A DNA stretch of 64,000 nt from Tubulanus polymorphus. Its lineage: Eukaryota > Animalia > Nemertea. Positions 35,901 to 48,427 of the stretch are shown here, piece by piece. The stretch is taken from NCBI RefSeq assembly GCF_964204645.1, contig NC_134027.1, forward strand, positions 10,386,485-10,450,484. Reading direction: 5' to 3'. The notes beneath the pieces are model-generated. The model worked only from the letters and a program-made list of their open reading frames with translations, was not told the origin of the DNA and searched no databases. The position numbers were made by a program, and so were the translations under genes. The stretch's first letter is position 1. Each line of letters opens with the position of its first letter.

Positions 35901-37189
35901 ATCGCCAGTGCGTGTGTGTATTTTCGCGTTTTTCAAAAAGCCAACGCGTGACACCTCCGGGGCTCGGCAGCGTCCCGCCGAAAGAACGTGTGCCGTTGCA
36001 AACCCACCCGGACCGGCAAAAAGATCGATGCGATACCGAAGAAGACGATTTTTATTGTTTTCAAAACAAGGCCCATAGCTCTTGGCGATGACTGATCTTG
36101 CATATCATCGCGCCGTCAGTTAGTTACCCGTCAAAAGGTAACAATCCTTCGGCTTCGCTGCGTCCGAAAAGATGCTTATCGAACGCATAATAAGCGGCCT
36201 TGCCGAGCCCATGATATTCGGAGTTTAAACGCGAGCGAACTCCGTATTTTCTAGAAGAACGAACAGCGAATTAACCACAACAAAAGAAAGCCAAGTGAAC
36301 CCGAATTATCTTTACGAAGTTTCGGATTAGACGAAGAGACTTTATACTCGAAGTAGCGTTCATTATTGTCGTTATTAAATCCGTAGTCGAACGTGACAAA
36401 GACCTCGGTGAGTTTTATTGCGTTGCTACACCTCCCGCTCTAAGACTGGCTAATTATCCACGTTTCTTAGGGTGAGAATTATGATCGATTGAGCCTGTGT
36501 TCAAGTTTATCCCCTTGTACACTAACTCGATCGATAAGTCTACGCAATGAGTCTTATGATCTTTGAGTACATATTGGAAATATTGAATTGTGCGATGCTT
36601 CTCGGTTATCGAAACCCAGAGCGAAAAAACTTTCAGTCCTTATCGATGTAGTAAACTTGTGATCTATTTGCAAACGATGCCAATCAATTGATGAAAAGTC
36701 TATCAGCGACACTATAGTGGATAATCTAAATTCACTGAGTTGTCCATATTCATAGTCTCAACAAAAACAGCTTTGAAATGAGTGGCACCAAAACGTTTAT
36801 CAACATGGCCTTTTTGGTAAATGATTTTACGCACTTTTTTTTGATACTTTACGATGGGACTTTCCAGCTTGTGCTATGTTAACGAGAGTCAGGGTTGTGA
36901 AATGCTCTACATCTATGAATGTAGCAGGCCAGGGTCCAGTTCCACAGTTCTGAGTTAAGATATAACTCAGAGTTAACTCATTCAAAATGAACTAATTTTA
37001 ACTCAGAGTTAACTCTAACTCACAACTGTGGAACTGGGTCCAGCTCATTAATTATGCTTTTCAATGTAGCCTACTGTTAAGTAAGATTTGACTTTTTCGA
37101 TAGCATCTTACGTAAAATCTTGTCACCATTTGCTGCATTACTGGTTATGTCCTGTCCTATTCTATCTACTGTATTCTAAATTGAGAATA

Positions 37190-37275
37190 TTGTAACCTCT
37201 TTCATGTAAAGCGCTATGATTATTTCATAGTTTAGCGCTATATAAACAAATGAATCGTTCATTATCATTATCACT
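37190..37275 (+). mobile_element. L2-type LINE/SINE 3' tail
   Basis: TGTAAAGCGCTATGA...TAGCGCTATATAAA stem-loop followed by an (ATTATC)n tail. Confidence 0.55.
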
Positions 37276-37380
37276 ACATTGTTTTGTGTACCTTAATTGT
37301 TTTTCTTTCAATTTCTGTCGAACACCTTACTTAGACCGTAGATCCTTCAGGAATAAGGCGTTATGTAAATATTATATAAG

Positions 37381-37450
37381 TAATCATGATAATGATAATG
37401 ATGGCAATAATGATAATTACATTGATAATAATGATGATAATGATAATAAG
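37381..37450 (+). repeat. Degenerate (GATAAT)n microsatellite
   Basis: Directly visible. Confidence 0.85.
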
Positions 37451-39716
37451 AATGAAAATACTGAAGAAGATCAAACATCCTTCACAGGTCGCATTTGATC
37501 GTCGAAAGAACAGGTCGATGTAAATGTGAAAAATCAGTCGATATATCGACGACACTCTGCAGACAGACATTAAGTCAGCGCTCTCGTTTGTTTACATTAG
37601 TTTTAATAAATCAAACCTTGGCGAATTATTTCAACTATGAGAGAAAACAGACAATAAGTGGCCATTATTTATTTTTGAGGCGGATTTCGCCGTATTTGAA
37701 CATTGGTAGAAGCCCGGAGACGTTGTCGCACAAAGGGCCTGGAACGGAACCGGAAACCGGAAGTAGCGACTGATCGGCACAGAAGACGGATCGGGCGAAT
37801 TCAACACCAATATCAATACTGCTTTAATTACCTCGACTACCAATATACACAAGCGCATTAACGAATAACACGATTTCATAAATCGAGTAAAAGTCTGAAC
37901 GTACTTAATTGAAGTATGCAGATTATATCGATCCCCTCAAAAATCAAACAGTTAAGTATATCTTCCGTAGATATGCGATTGAATCTTGATATGAAATCCC
38001 CGCAACAAGAATAAAGAGTTTTTCCTGGGGTTGATATTTATTTGACGTTTCGACTATATTTTATCCACTCCATTTTCAAATCTTATTTAGGGATTCGTAC
38101 ATGATAGAAGTTTCATCAACGATTTAAAACGAATACTGACTAGAAAAACTGTTATGTTAAGATATACCAAACACAGGAAAAGAAATTGATCTAATTCAAT
38201 ACTATTTAATGTTCCCCTATTGGTGTGAACTCATATTCAAGCGAGAAAACTAACTAGAAAATTTATTGGGAAAAATAACACATATACTGTGTGATATATT
38301 GTCAACAATGAATAATATTTTGATATAGATTACTTTTATTAAGGAACAATTAAGTTATTTTGGATTTGAGTATATCGATAATGTCTGGCGAACCATCTAG
38401 CCCGAAATATTCATGACGTAGCGCATCCTCTCAAAAATTGAAATTTATCAAAAATTGAATAAGAGTTATGAAATATATCTATCACAATTGATAATAAAGT
38501 ATTCAATTTACAAAATAAACTCAAAATTGTAATTGTTATTTTGAAAGACCAAAATTGATGACGTAGTGCACATCGACTCCCACAGAACCCCTTGAAAACT
38601 CATAATAGGTATCAATGTACCGTACATAAACATTATCATAACGGCTTTTACGGCGTCAAAAACAAATTTACGTCGCGACAACTCGACAAGGGATGTTCAA
38701 CTCTGTTGTTGGTTTATATATACTTGTAGAGAGATAAATTAGTCGAGGAAAACATACTTGAAGCAGACTCGTTGTCGCCGAGGTGAAAATGATATTACGA
38801 AAGCGTAATACAGACTGCGTTTAAGTCGATGGCGCGACCGAAATGAAAGTTTTCCGGTCCCCGTATCGATAACGCGTGAAAACCGAGACTGCGAGTTTTC
38901 ACAATACATAAAAACCGTTTCCCACAGCGCGGGGGAAAACTCCGCTAATAATCAAGAGCCCTCGAAGAAGCGATAACTATAAAAACCATCGATGGAGGGT
39001 AGTATCATCGTGGATTGCAAAAGGTAATTTCTATTGAATGGCGACAAACAATACTTCGGTAAACGTCGTTATTGGTCGACTGAAGCCGAGTGTTGAGTTT
39101 ACAGTACTCGCGGGCCACGTGTACGACTGCGCGAAAAGTGTGGGAAACTGGCTGAAACTGAAATATTCTCACAGTACTGTCAGCCATCCACCCGGCGGGC
39201 TAGATTAAACACGCCGTATTATAAAGCCGTTTCGATGTTTGATTTTCGATCGAGTGGTCGCGTTAAGTCAATGCGACTCGACGATGTCGTAAGAATCTCG
39301 CAATTATGAATGATGTCTAATTTTCTGCGTAGATTTTTCAAATAGTAAGGTTTTTTCGGATGTTTTAAATGGTTAAAAAAAGAATGAAATAAAGGAATTC
39401 TACTGTTTGTTGTGATACGGTTGATCGTCATCGCATGGCAGAATGTTGCGGCCACGCAATGTTTTTCTAAGTCAACATTCAGACTTAATAAACTCGAAAT
39501 CTCGGCTTAAATTACTGGAAATGTTTTCATTTTAACTTGAAATCTCGACTCTATGACTCGAAATTCCGACATTTTAACTCGAAATCTTGACTTTTTAACA
39601 CATGCGCGCACGCTATATTGTAAAATCCACACACATGCCACACTGCGATCAGTTTTATCGTTCTCCCTTCAAACTAGGGTTAAACTGTGCCGAAATGCGG
39701 GCACGATACACTATCC

Positions 39717-39906
39717 TACGGAAGAGCAATGCGGCCAACAACACTTCATTTTCAGTTTAAAGTCGACTTTTCGAGTTATTAAGTCGACTTTTCGAGTTGA
39801 TAAGTCGACTTTTCGACTTTTGGAAGTCGTAAAGTCGACTTACAAACTCGAAAAGTCTATTTTTTAACTTAAAATAAAATGTTGTTGGCCACATTGCTCT
39901 TCTGTA
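39717..39906. mobile_element. MITE with internal ~21-bp tandem repeats
   Basis: TIR TACGGAAGAGCAATGCGGCCAACA / TGTTGGCCACATTGCTCTTCTGTA. Internal AAGTCGACTTTTCGAGTT units; inverted related units at ~39480-39600. Confidence 0.7.
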
Positions 39907-41952
39907 CGATAGTGTCATTCTAAGTTACCAAACAATTCGTCGAATGGGAGCAAAGTTATAAAGTCAAAGTGTCTACTGGCTAGGATAACATTTTAAAAAA
40001 AGTTCTATGGTCCTAATGCTCTTCCGTAATGTGTAATTTCCTTTTTAATAGAAAACAAGTGGCGCAGTGAATGAGTGTCAAAACATTCGTGTGCGAATAG
40101 GTATATATAGTAAGGCTGCAAGTAAAAAAGTCACTTGCCGTCTGACTTGACGGCGTCGTCGGCCGATCTGAAACGGACGGTCAATAGCTTTAGTTTCGAT
40201 TAACTACGTATAAGTTTACAAGATTCCCCAAAAATATTCATGAAAATATATTCTTATATGTTTATGTTCTACTTTGCAGAAAGTCAGTTATTGCTGCTTT
40301 GCAGCTATATTTATTGCTTCTTACTTCAAGCGATGCGACATAATTCTACTCGGTCACGATTCCGGGATAATCGACAAGGTCGTTGTCAAGCGTTTACCGT
40401 ATTTTAGTCGATCGTTAGATGAGACCATTTTTTTCTTCTTTTAAATCCGGACGAGATAAGCGTCATTTTTCCATCCGGAATCACCCTCCATCCTATCATT
40501 TGTCCGGCAATTAAAATCAAAAATCTTGAAACGTGATACAGACAGAAAAATGGTTAATTAAATCGCCCCGAGAGACCAATAAAGTCACCTTCTTTAAGTT
40601 ACGCGTAATTACAGACTGTATTCACTAAGGTTATTATTTCGGCGAGTGAAGTCAATATTGTTATTAAGTTATCCACGTTTTTTAGCCTTTGTAGAGCTAT
40701 GGCCCCGGGGCTATTATCAATCGGAGTGTTAACCAAATTAGCTGTCTGGGAATTAAACGAGACGACGTAGATTTTGATCGCTTGATGGGATGTCCCGCCG
40801 TGTCGGAAGTCCAGCGCGCATTCAGGTAGAATGTGCTTGGTACAACGGCTACGCGCGGGACAAAAGAACGCGCTCAACGCTAATCATTATCAACTCCCAA
40901 TTATTATCATTCCGTTCATAATATTTGAAAATATTGCCGCCGAAGACAAATCACGAACGTCGCGAGGCGTACGCGTCGATTTCGGACCGACGCCGGCCGG
41001 CAACAATGGCGCTGCGACGGCCGCACGCTGCCGCTATTGTTTCATGCCAACGACAGCGTTAAATAAGTACGAAATAAATCAATCGCGAGCGCAAATCTTT
41101 GTCTGCCTAAAAACAAAACGTTGATGATGATGATGATGATGGCTCGTCAGCAATTTGACTGTTATCATTCAGTCAATCGGTGGACGGTCAGTGCAATTTT
41201 TTTTTCAACAATATTTTCTCTGATCTTCGAGCGTGGCAAAACGATTTCGTTTTGAGGAAAGAACCTAGAAATACAGTTGGAAATGAGTGGGCTTAATGCC
41301 GCGAAAGTGTTAATTTGACCATTAGACATCCAGCGGACGAAAACAAACCAATCCCTAATCCCCTTGCCCTTCACCCTATCCCATGGAGCGGGGATATGTG
41401 CAATCGAAGCGACCAGTTCGTGATCGCCAGGAAATTTGGACAAGAACTTCACTCGTCTGCAGCTAGCTTAACCACCTTAGTTCATTAGTTTTAACGTCAA
41501 AGAAATATGTTGTTATCATATGTAACGTCCCAAAATAATCATGGTTAATGAAATAATTCACACCTTCGCGATAGAGTTAATTGAAATTATCGACTACGTG
41601 AGTAACCATTTCGCAAAATTGAACCTGCACACAAGAACAGCCAGTGCAAACAGATAAACATTTAGAAAGCCTCCTTGACCTCCCTGAATATTTTCTATGA
41701 CCAACGATAAGTATTTCTAAACACTTTCGGGATCGTAATTTTGATGGCGTAAATGATTAGTCCATCGCAAAGTTTCAGTGGTATGGGTTCATAAGGGGTT
41801 CATAAAACCCCGGACTAATCGAATACGTCGACATGGTAAATAAACATTGGCAGGCGAGTTTTTTTCGGTCTCAGTAATCCCTCTGTTGCCGTTAAGATCT
41901 TAGTGAGACCTTTTGTTGTCCATCTACATACCAGAAGAATCCCGATCGAGCA

Positions 41953-42635
41953 AATTTAGCTAACCTGGGCTGTAGCCCCAGAGAGCTATCGCGTTCGTTC
42001 GTCCATGTCTGTCCGTTGTTCAACAAAAAACCAGCACTTTTTTCGTACATTTTTAAAGATGTCGAGGGAGATTTTGAAGACGCTTTCATCAATTATCTTG
42101 ATGTTTCATGTTTATGTTTCCCCTTACGGCCTATCATTTTAAGAAATGTTTGGTCGATAGGATACAAAATGGCGCCATCCTGTGAAATCTTTTTCTGAAA
42201 AGGTATCTTTGGCCTGATTGGCTTGCGAATTTTTCATTGAAATTTGTGATAGCATTCTTTGGAAAAGCTTTGGAAAAGGATCATCTCAGGCGGGTTTTTC
42301 TATCACTCAATTATTGAGCAATGAACAGCCATCTTTGTCTCATTAGTCCTCATTCGCAGGCGAAAATGTTAAAAAGGTTTCAACTTAAAGTCTTGATATT
42401 TAATGTACGGGTATAGAGTTTCGTCATTGGTTTCTGTTTGTATTCACCAGATGGCGTTGAATAGTTGTGAACATCATGGTACATGTATTTACATGTTCTA
42501 TGGTTGTGATGAGTTTCAAGGTAATTTATAACTGTATCTGTCCACCAGAGTGTGTCGGCTATCTAGATTTTCAGATTGTCAAGCGTTTCGCCAAGCAGGC
42601 ATTGTTATCCCTGGACCCCATACTTGCAAATAGTT
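41953..42635 (+). mobile_element. Second, more degraded HINE copy
   Basis: Head TTTAGCTAACCTGGGCTGTAGCCCCAGAGAGCTA plus a CGTTCGTCC microsatellite. 42490-42522 is the reverse complement of the 154-bp unit (ACCTTGAAACTCA.CACAA.CATAGAACATG). Confidence 0.6.
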
Positions 42636-44717
42636 AGGCTACTAGTGTATCTACTAGTTACATCCGCATTAACTATCTAGTGTAGGCAGGGCTGTTACTT
42701 AAATCCTCGATTGCCTTTGTAGTATTATTGAGACCCCATGTCATCATTATAAACACTAATAAGCGCTATTTTCACACCCCGAGGACCCCAAGCAACCCAT
42801 AGATATACAATCCTTGAAACACTGAACTAAACATTTCGTGTTTTCTGGGTTTGAGATGGGTTATACATGAAGATGATGCCATCAACCTGGGGCGGTTACC
42901 TGCATACCTTTACACGTTTATACAATAACAGGATTGTCGCCGACGGTGTAGAGGTTTTAATTAAACGGGACCGTGACATCGGTAAAGGTTGCATTCTGTG
43001 ACAGATTTGTTCGCATATTTCGGCAGTAGATTTAACATTCGCGTTACTGCAGGGAGTTTGCAAATGGGTATTGACACGCATATCCTGGAATTTCAAGGGG
43101 TAATTGAGACATTTCTCATTGGTAACTATTGCAATATGCATACGCCGAGTCACTCTAATGATGATAGGAATGCTGTCTTTGTGAATGGCCCGGGAGAAAA
43201 TCATCTCAATAGCTGCGGGCCTGTAGAATTAAGGCCTTATTCCGTATCCCACTATCAGAGGATAACATCCCGTAGTCGGAATCTACGGTGCCATCTCCGT
43301 ACTAAAACCTCGATAGTCAAATCACCCAGTTGTAGTTTTTTGTTGTATCTGCAATTTATTTTCATATAGAATTACGTCATTATTCATCAGCCGATCATCC
43401 TGCAGAATTATTTTAAGTTATAGCCCGTGGAAAATAAAGAAACTAATCCCCCGGCAGGGATTCGAATCGTGCCACCGTGGCGAGTCTAGATATCTTCACA
43501 ATCAGAATCGTAATGAAATGTGTATGATTACTAACAGGGTTCGTAGGTATTCGCGATATTCATATTTGCATCGCCTTTCATTTGTATACAGGAAACGATT
43601 GTCCCCCCATCCCCGAGCCAGTGTTCCGTCAAAGCCACTCCAGCGCAACAAACACTCGACGTTTCCACAACGGTTATTATCAATTTCCAACGATCCATAT
43701 TATGGTAATTTCTCTTCCTTCCTCAAATTTGCTTCGTTTTTAATACGCTCGTATACCTACGACATTGCTGCCAGCATTTTATTCGATGGAGACGCAAATC
43801 CGATCCATTTGCGAAATATAGAATAGAATGACTTTAATGGCGATATTGACATACCGGATCGTATCATATGACTAAACTTAGTTTTAGGAGCTTATAATTT
43901 CTTATCGTTATGTTCGATGTTATGATTTTCTAAATGTACCTTGATAAGAACTACGGGGGCGAATTTAATTGAAATGACCGTATCGACATGACGGCTAGTC
44001 AGAAGGATATTCGGGAAGATTTTATGATTATTTCATTTTTTCTTTTAATTGAAACGATGATGACTGTAACCGATTAAATTGTTCAAACGAGAATAAACCT
44101 CTGCAACCGCGCTTCTGTCGCGTTACGGCATCATATCACCAGGGCCGAGTTTCACGAAAAAGTGAAAGCCTAACACGGTTAAGTTTGAATTGTTGTCCTC
44201 ATTGAAAAAGTGAAGTAACCAATAGTGATTACAACAAAAATTTGACTTAAACTTTTTGTGAAACTGGGCCCAGGCATCATTACGTGTGACAGTTGAAAAT
44301 AGTTTGGCGGTTTTGTTGAGATCTTCGTAAGAACGATGCCTGAAATACAGTCTAAATCCGTTACATCGCCATCCTTTTTAATGCCACAGCTCACTTAACG
44401 CCAACGCTTTTCTGAGAACGATTTTGCCCAATCCAACTCAAACTCCATGAAAATACCATTCCTTATAACGTCAAATTCGTTAAAGCACCACGTTTTTTAT
44501 TGATCCCAACCGTGGCATTATAAAGGACTTTACCTGTATAAGCAATGACTGTGTTGTCCCGTGCAGAAAGCTCCTTAGGTTCATTGTGCATTTGAACGAG
44601 CATGACAAGAAAACTCCATTGAGATCCGATGATGGTCAGGAACTTTGTCGATGCGATAACCCATTCTCAGAGGAAAAACACTCGAAAGTTTATCTTGTTA
44701 CATACAAATAACTTCGT

Positions 44718-44723
44718 TTTATT
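44718..44723 (-). terminator. Candidate poly(A) signal of the ERG/FLI gene
   Basis: AATAAA on the minus strand ~880 nt past the stop, after an AT-rich 3' UTR. Confidence 0.35.
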
Positions 44724-45599
44724 CATTTTCCGAAAACAGCACCATTTCAGTAAAACATTCAACGCTATTTACAACTTTCGTAATTTGATGTGACAATGAT
44801 ACTATATACTAAAATTCGATGAATTTCGGATGTTCTGAATGACTAGATAAAACTGAGGCTATTTCAATTATCAAGAGCATGGATTCTGCTACATGAAAAT
44901 AAAACTTCGTATAGGAAATTATTCTATTTTTAATTGTTTTTTGTCGAACTATTAATTCTAAAAAACAACTTTTTCTTACTTTTAGATATTTTCGTCTTAA
45001 TCTTCTACCGAATTATTTGCAGAAAATGTATTCATTTCTCAGATCATTTTAACTCAATTCTATACAATTTTGACTCTTTTTAAAGAAATCATTCCCACAG
45101 TCCTTCCGCATTTCATGCGGAAAAAAGTCGAATAATGAAAATTTAATTAAATTCTTTAAATTTCAGTTCTTTTGCCCTTCTATTTCTATTCTTTCCCGAA
45201 AAAATACGTACTCACAGTAATTAAAAAGGCCTGAAGACTAATTATCTTCTTATTGAAATCGCCATCAAGGCAGTAGCGATTTCTACTCTCGTAATGGAAT
45301 ATAACCGCGTCGCGATTTCAGAGATTTTAAGAGAAACCGCAAAGCAATTGCAATTCATGGATGAAACAAAATAAGTCGGGAAATCTTGCTCTTATTTTAG
45401 GAACATAATAATCCAACGATGAGTTTTGGCTACGACAATCAGCTACGTGATTTATGTACCCAATTATTCTCATTCCTAGGGTCGTCCGGTTTATTTATAG
45501 ACATCGAATCTGCATATATAGAGGGGGTTACAATATACACAGTTTGAGGAGTGGAATGTTGGACATGAAATCAGCAGCTTCAATTGATATTGACGCAAT

Positions 45600-46129
45600 T
45601 CATGTGTAGTAGGACCCTAGAGGCGATGGCATATGGCCAGGGTGATGTGGAACTGGATGATTGGCGATATTATTATATATATTAGCACCGGCGGGTGACC
45701 AATAACTAGACGGTGTTGGGAAAAATCCTGGGCCGGAATTCGCCATCGATGCGTGCGCGTTTATGAAATTGAACTTGGCGTTGTGGTGGTAACTGGACAT
45801 GAACAACTCCTGTTGATACTTGTACGGACTTGTTTCCACGGTGCTGGGCTGCATCGCCTGCGCGAGTCCGGCAAAGTCAAATTTATACGCGTATCGTTTA
45901 CCGTGGACTTTCGTCATAATGTTCTTGTCGTAATAGTAACGTAGGGCGCGACTCATTTTATCGTAGTTCATGTTGGGCTTGCTTTTGCGTTCGCCCCAAC
46001 GTCTGGCCACCTCGTCCGGGTCGACCATCTTAAATTCGCCGTTAGTTCCTTCCCACGTAATACAGTTCGTGTTGCCGCTGTCGCTGAGAAGCTCCAGTAG
46101 AAACTGCCACAGTTGGATTTGCCCGCTAC
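45600..46129 (-). CDS. ERG: ERG/FLI-family ETS transcription factor, last coding exon (ETS domain + C-terminal tail)
   Basis: [17 protein letters not shown]...[61 protein letters not shown] is the ERG/FLI1/FEV-class ETS domain. The tail SYWSP...LGSYY matches ERG/FLI C-termini. Phase-1 acceptor TCTTCCAG at 46130. Confidence 0.95.
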
Positions 46130-48349
46130 CTGGAAGACAAAGAATACGTGCTTGACAAGTTAATGATTTAATCGGCATCTAATGCGTTCGGTAGACACGA
46201 CGAATGCTAATTTTACATCTTGTGATTGCAAAAGGCTTTTAAAGCTTCATTTGCCCGACAACGAATTGTCATTTCTTCATTTTCTTGTCATGTACGCATA
46301 GCACTGAGAACACTAGCAGGAAATATCAAATAGGAATCAGAAATTCTGGCCACACCGACGGAAGAATTCATTATCACACAGCCTACGCAAGATCGGAGGG
46401 AACTTTCTTTCATTTCCTATTTCCGGCAATGTTACGTAGTTTGTGATAATTTGGTGGCTTCCGGTCGAAAATCATTCGACGAATATTTCTGGTATCATGA
46501 TTTTAGAATGTACAAGACCAAGTTGAAGGGTTTCTCAATGTTGTGTGCAATGTCAAAGAAATATAATCATATTTACGAAATATCGCGATACGATTAAATT
46601 TAGCTCGAACTTTATCGATATTTTGCAATTTTTTTGTGAACTGTGAACAAAATTCCTGTCACACACGACCATCGATGGAACTATTCGATTGAAGAGCGCT
46701 TGTGATCGTACTTGCGCGACATCGCCTCCAGCGAGCCGTTCGTGGCTTTTATTGTGTGTACGAGTATCGTTTCGCTCGACGATGGGACTCATAATTAACC
46801 GATGGATCTGTTCTAGAGCCAATTAGCGGGCTGCGGTCGCGTTCAGTATAGATCACCGCGGCATTATTGCCCCGTTGGCGAAGTAACGATTCGGACCGTT
46901 TTGTTGTTCGGCGCAGGAGAGTAAAGCATGGCGTGATTGGCGATCGATCGATCTCTTTACGCTGAATCTCAAAGAATAATAATCAACTACAAGGGTCTGC
47001 ATTTCTTTTGTTTTGCTTTGGCGATAATTTGCTTTTTACCTCCGCACGTCACAACAAACACGGTAAGGTAACGGGCCACGAAAGCATTGTTTGGCAACAC
47101 TCTATTGCCATTAAGTTGCCTAGCAACGCCGTGTTCCGCAAAAGGGACTGGCTAAAAGGCCGGAAGTCAATGCTCGTGTGAAGTAGTTCCCCAATTGAAA
47201 CTGCTTTTACGGGTAGCACGAATACCGCGCTAATGTTGCGACTTGACATGCTACTCTTTGCTCAATAGCTCTTAGTCATGGAGATTTTTGCAAGTACGTT
47301 ATATTAAAGCTATTAGTTAAGTATATTCCGATCAAATCGTTTTTCACGCTGTTCTGCAATCCGTATGATTCAACGAGTTGAAAGTGAATAAGGACGTGCA
47401 CAACGATATATCGTCGACAATCGATCGCGAATGAAACAATGAAATAAAATTTAATATCGAATGCAAAAATGGTGCTCCAGCCACGCCGGCGTGATGGCTG
47501 ATCAAGAGCTAATGGTGTTTCACGTACTAGTACGTATATTTCATATACCAAGGTTTTTTAAATCTTGAAATGGTTATTCATTCGATTGGTAGATTCCGTT
47601 TGATTTGTTTTGATTTGGTGTCCCTTGCAAACCCACCATACCCGCCGGGAACGAAAATGGGTTTGATTTTGAAATCGGAAAATGGAGCACAGATATAGTT
47701 TTGTGATCGGCGATCGAATTTACTGAATTTTTTTTCAAAATCGAAGAAATCGATTGGTAATTTCGCTATATACCAAGGTTTATCGATCTGAGCTATTCAA
47801 CCAGTTATCATAACATAATCTAACAATAGACATCGCACTGTTAGCTTTTAAAATTGGTTTAAGGTTGTGATATGGTCGCTTTGGGACCCGTACACAACAA
47901 GAACCTGTTCCTTTGGGAATCATTTCACAGCGGTCTAGCCACCCATCTGCAATTATCGAGTCGTTCGCCATGACGTTTTCCTCTCTGCCGCATTTGTATT
48001 ATCGTCACTTTACACATCAATTGGCTTAAACCGGCTTTCGCAGGTCAATTAACCACTTGGCTTTGGTCCCATTGCGTCGAAAACATAATACGACGTTAAA
48101 TACACCGTGCTCAAAGAGTGGAATCGACTCTACGGTCGTATAGAATATCAATACGGATAATAACATCTATACAGCAGGATCCATGCGGCCCTACATACGA
48201 TAAGTCGAATTTCCCTCATCCCTCGTGAGTCGCTAACTTAGTGCTCGCTATTCCCGCTTTTTAATAACATTTCTTCAATGATACGCATAAGAAAATGAGG
48301 CTTGCGTCGGAATGTATGATGGATTTGGCCAGTAGGACGTGGTACATAC

Positions 48350-48427
48350 CTTGAGGTCTCCACGAAGAGAACGTAGGATCCAATGCAGTCGGCTTCGATA
48401 TATTCGTTATCGGCGATGCTCCATAAC
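48350..48427 (-). CDS. ERG: ERG/FLI internal exon (GYGASPITNISKPTALDPTFSSWRPQ)
   Basis: 78 nt, AG/GTATGT, phase 1-1; ends in RPQ like the corresponding vertebrate ERG exon. Confidence 0.75.

Noticed and set aside
43445-43480. tRNA-like B-box (GATTCGAATCCC on minus strand)
   Set aside because: Only the 3' half is present; probably an eroded SINE fragment, not a gene.
34045-44400. Many 60-130-aa ORFs in the intergenic region
   Set aside because: No domain motifs and no consistent splice chains; expected by chance in this composition.
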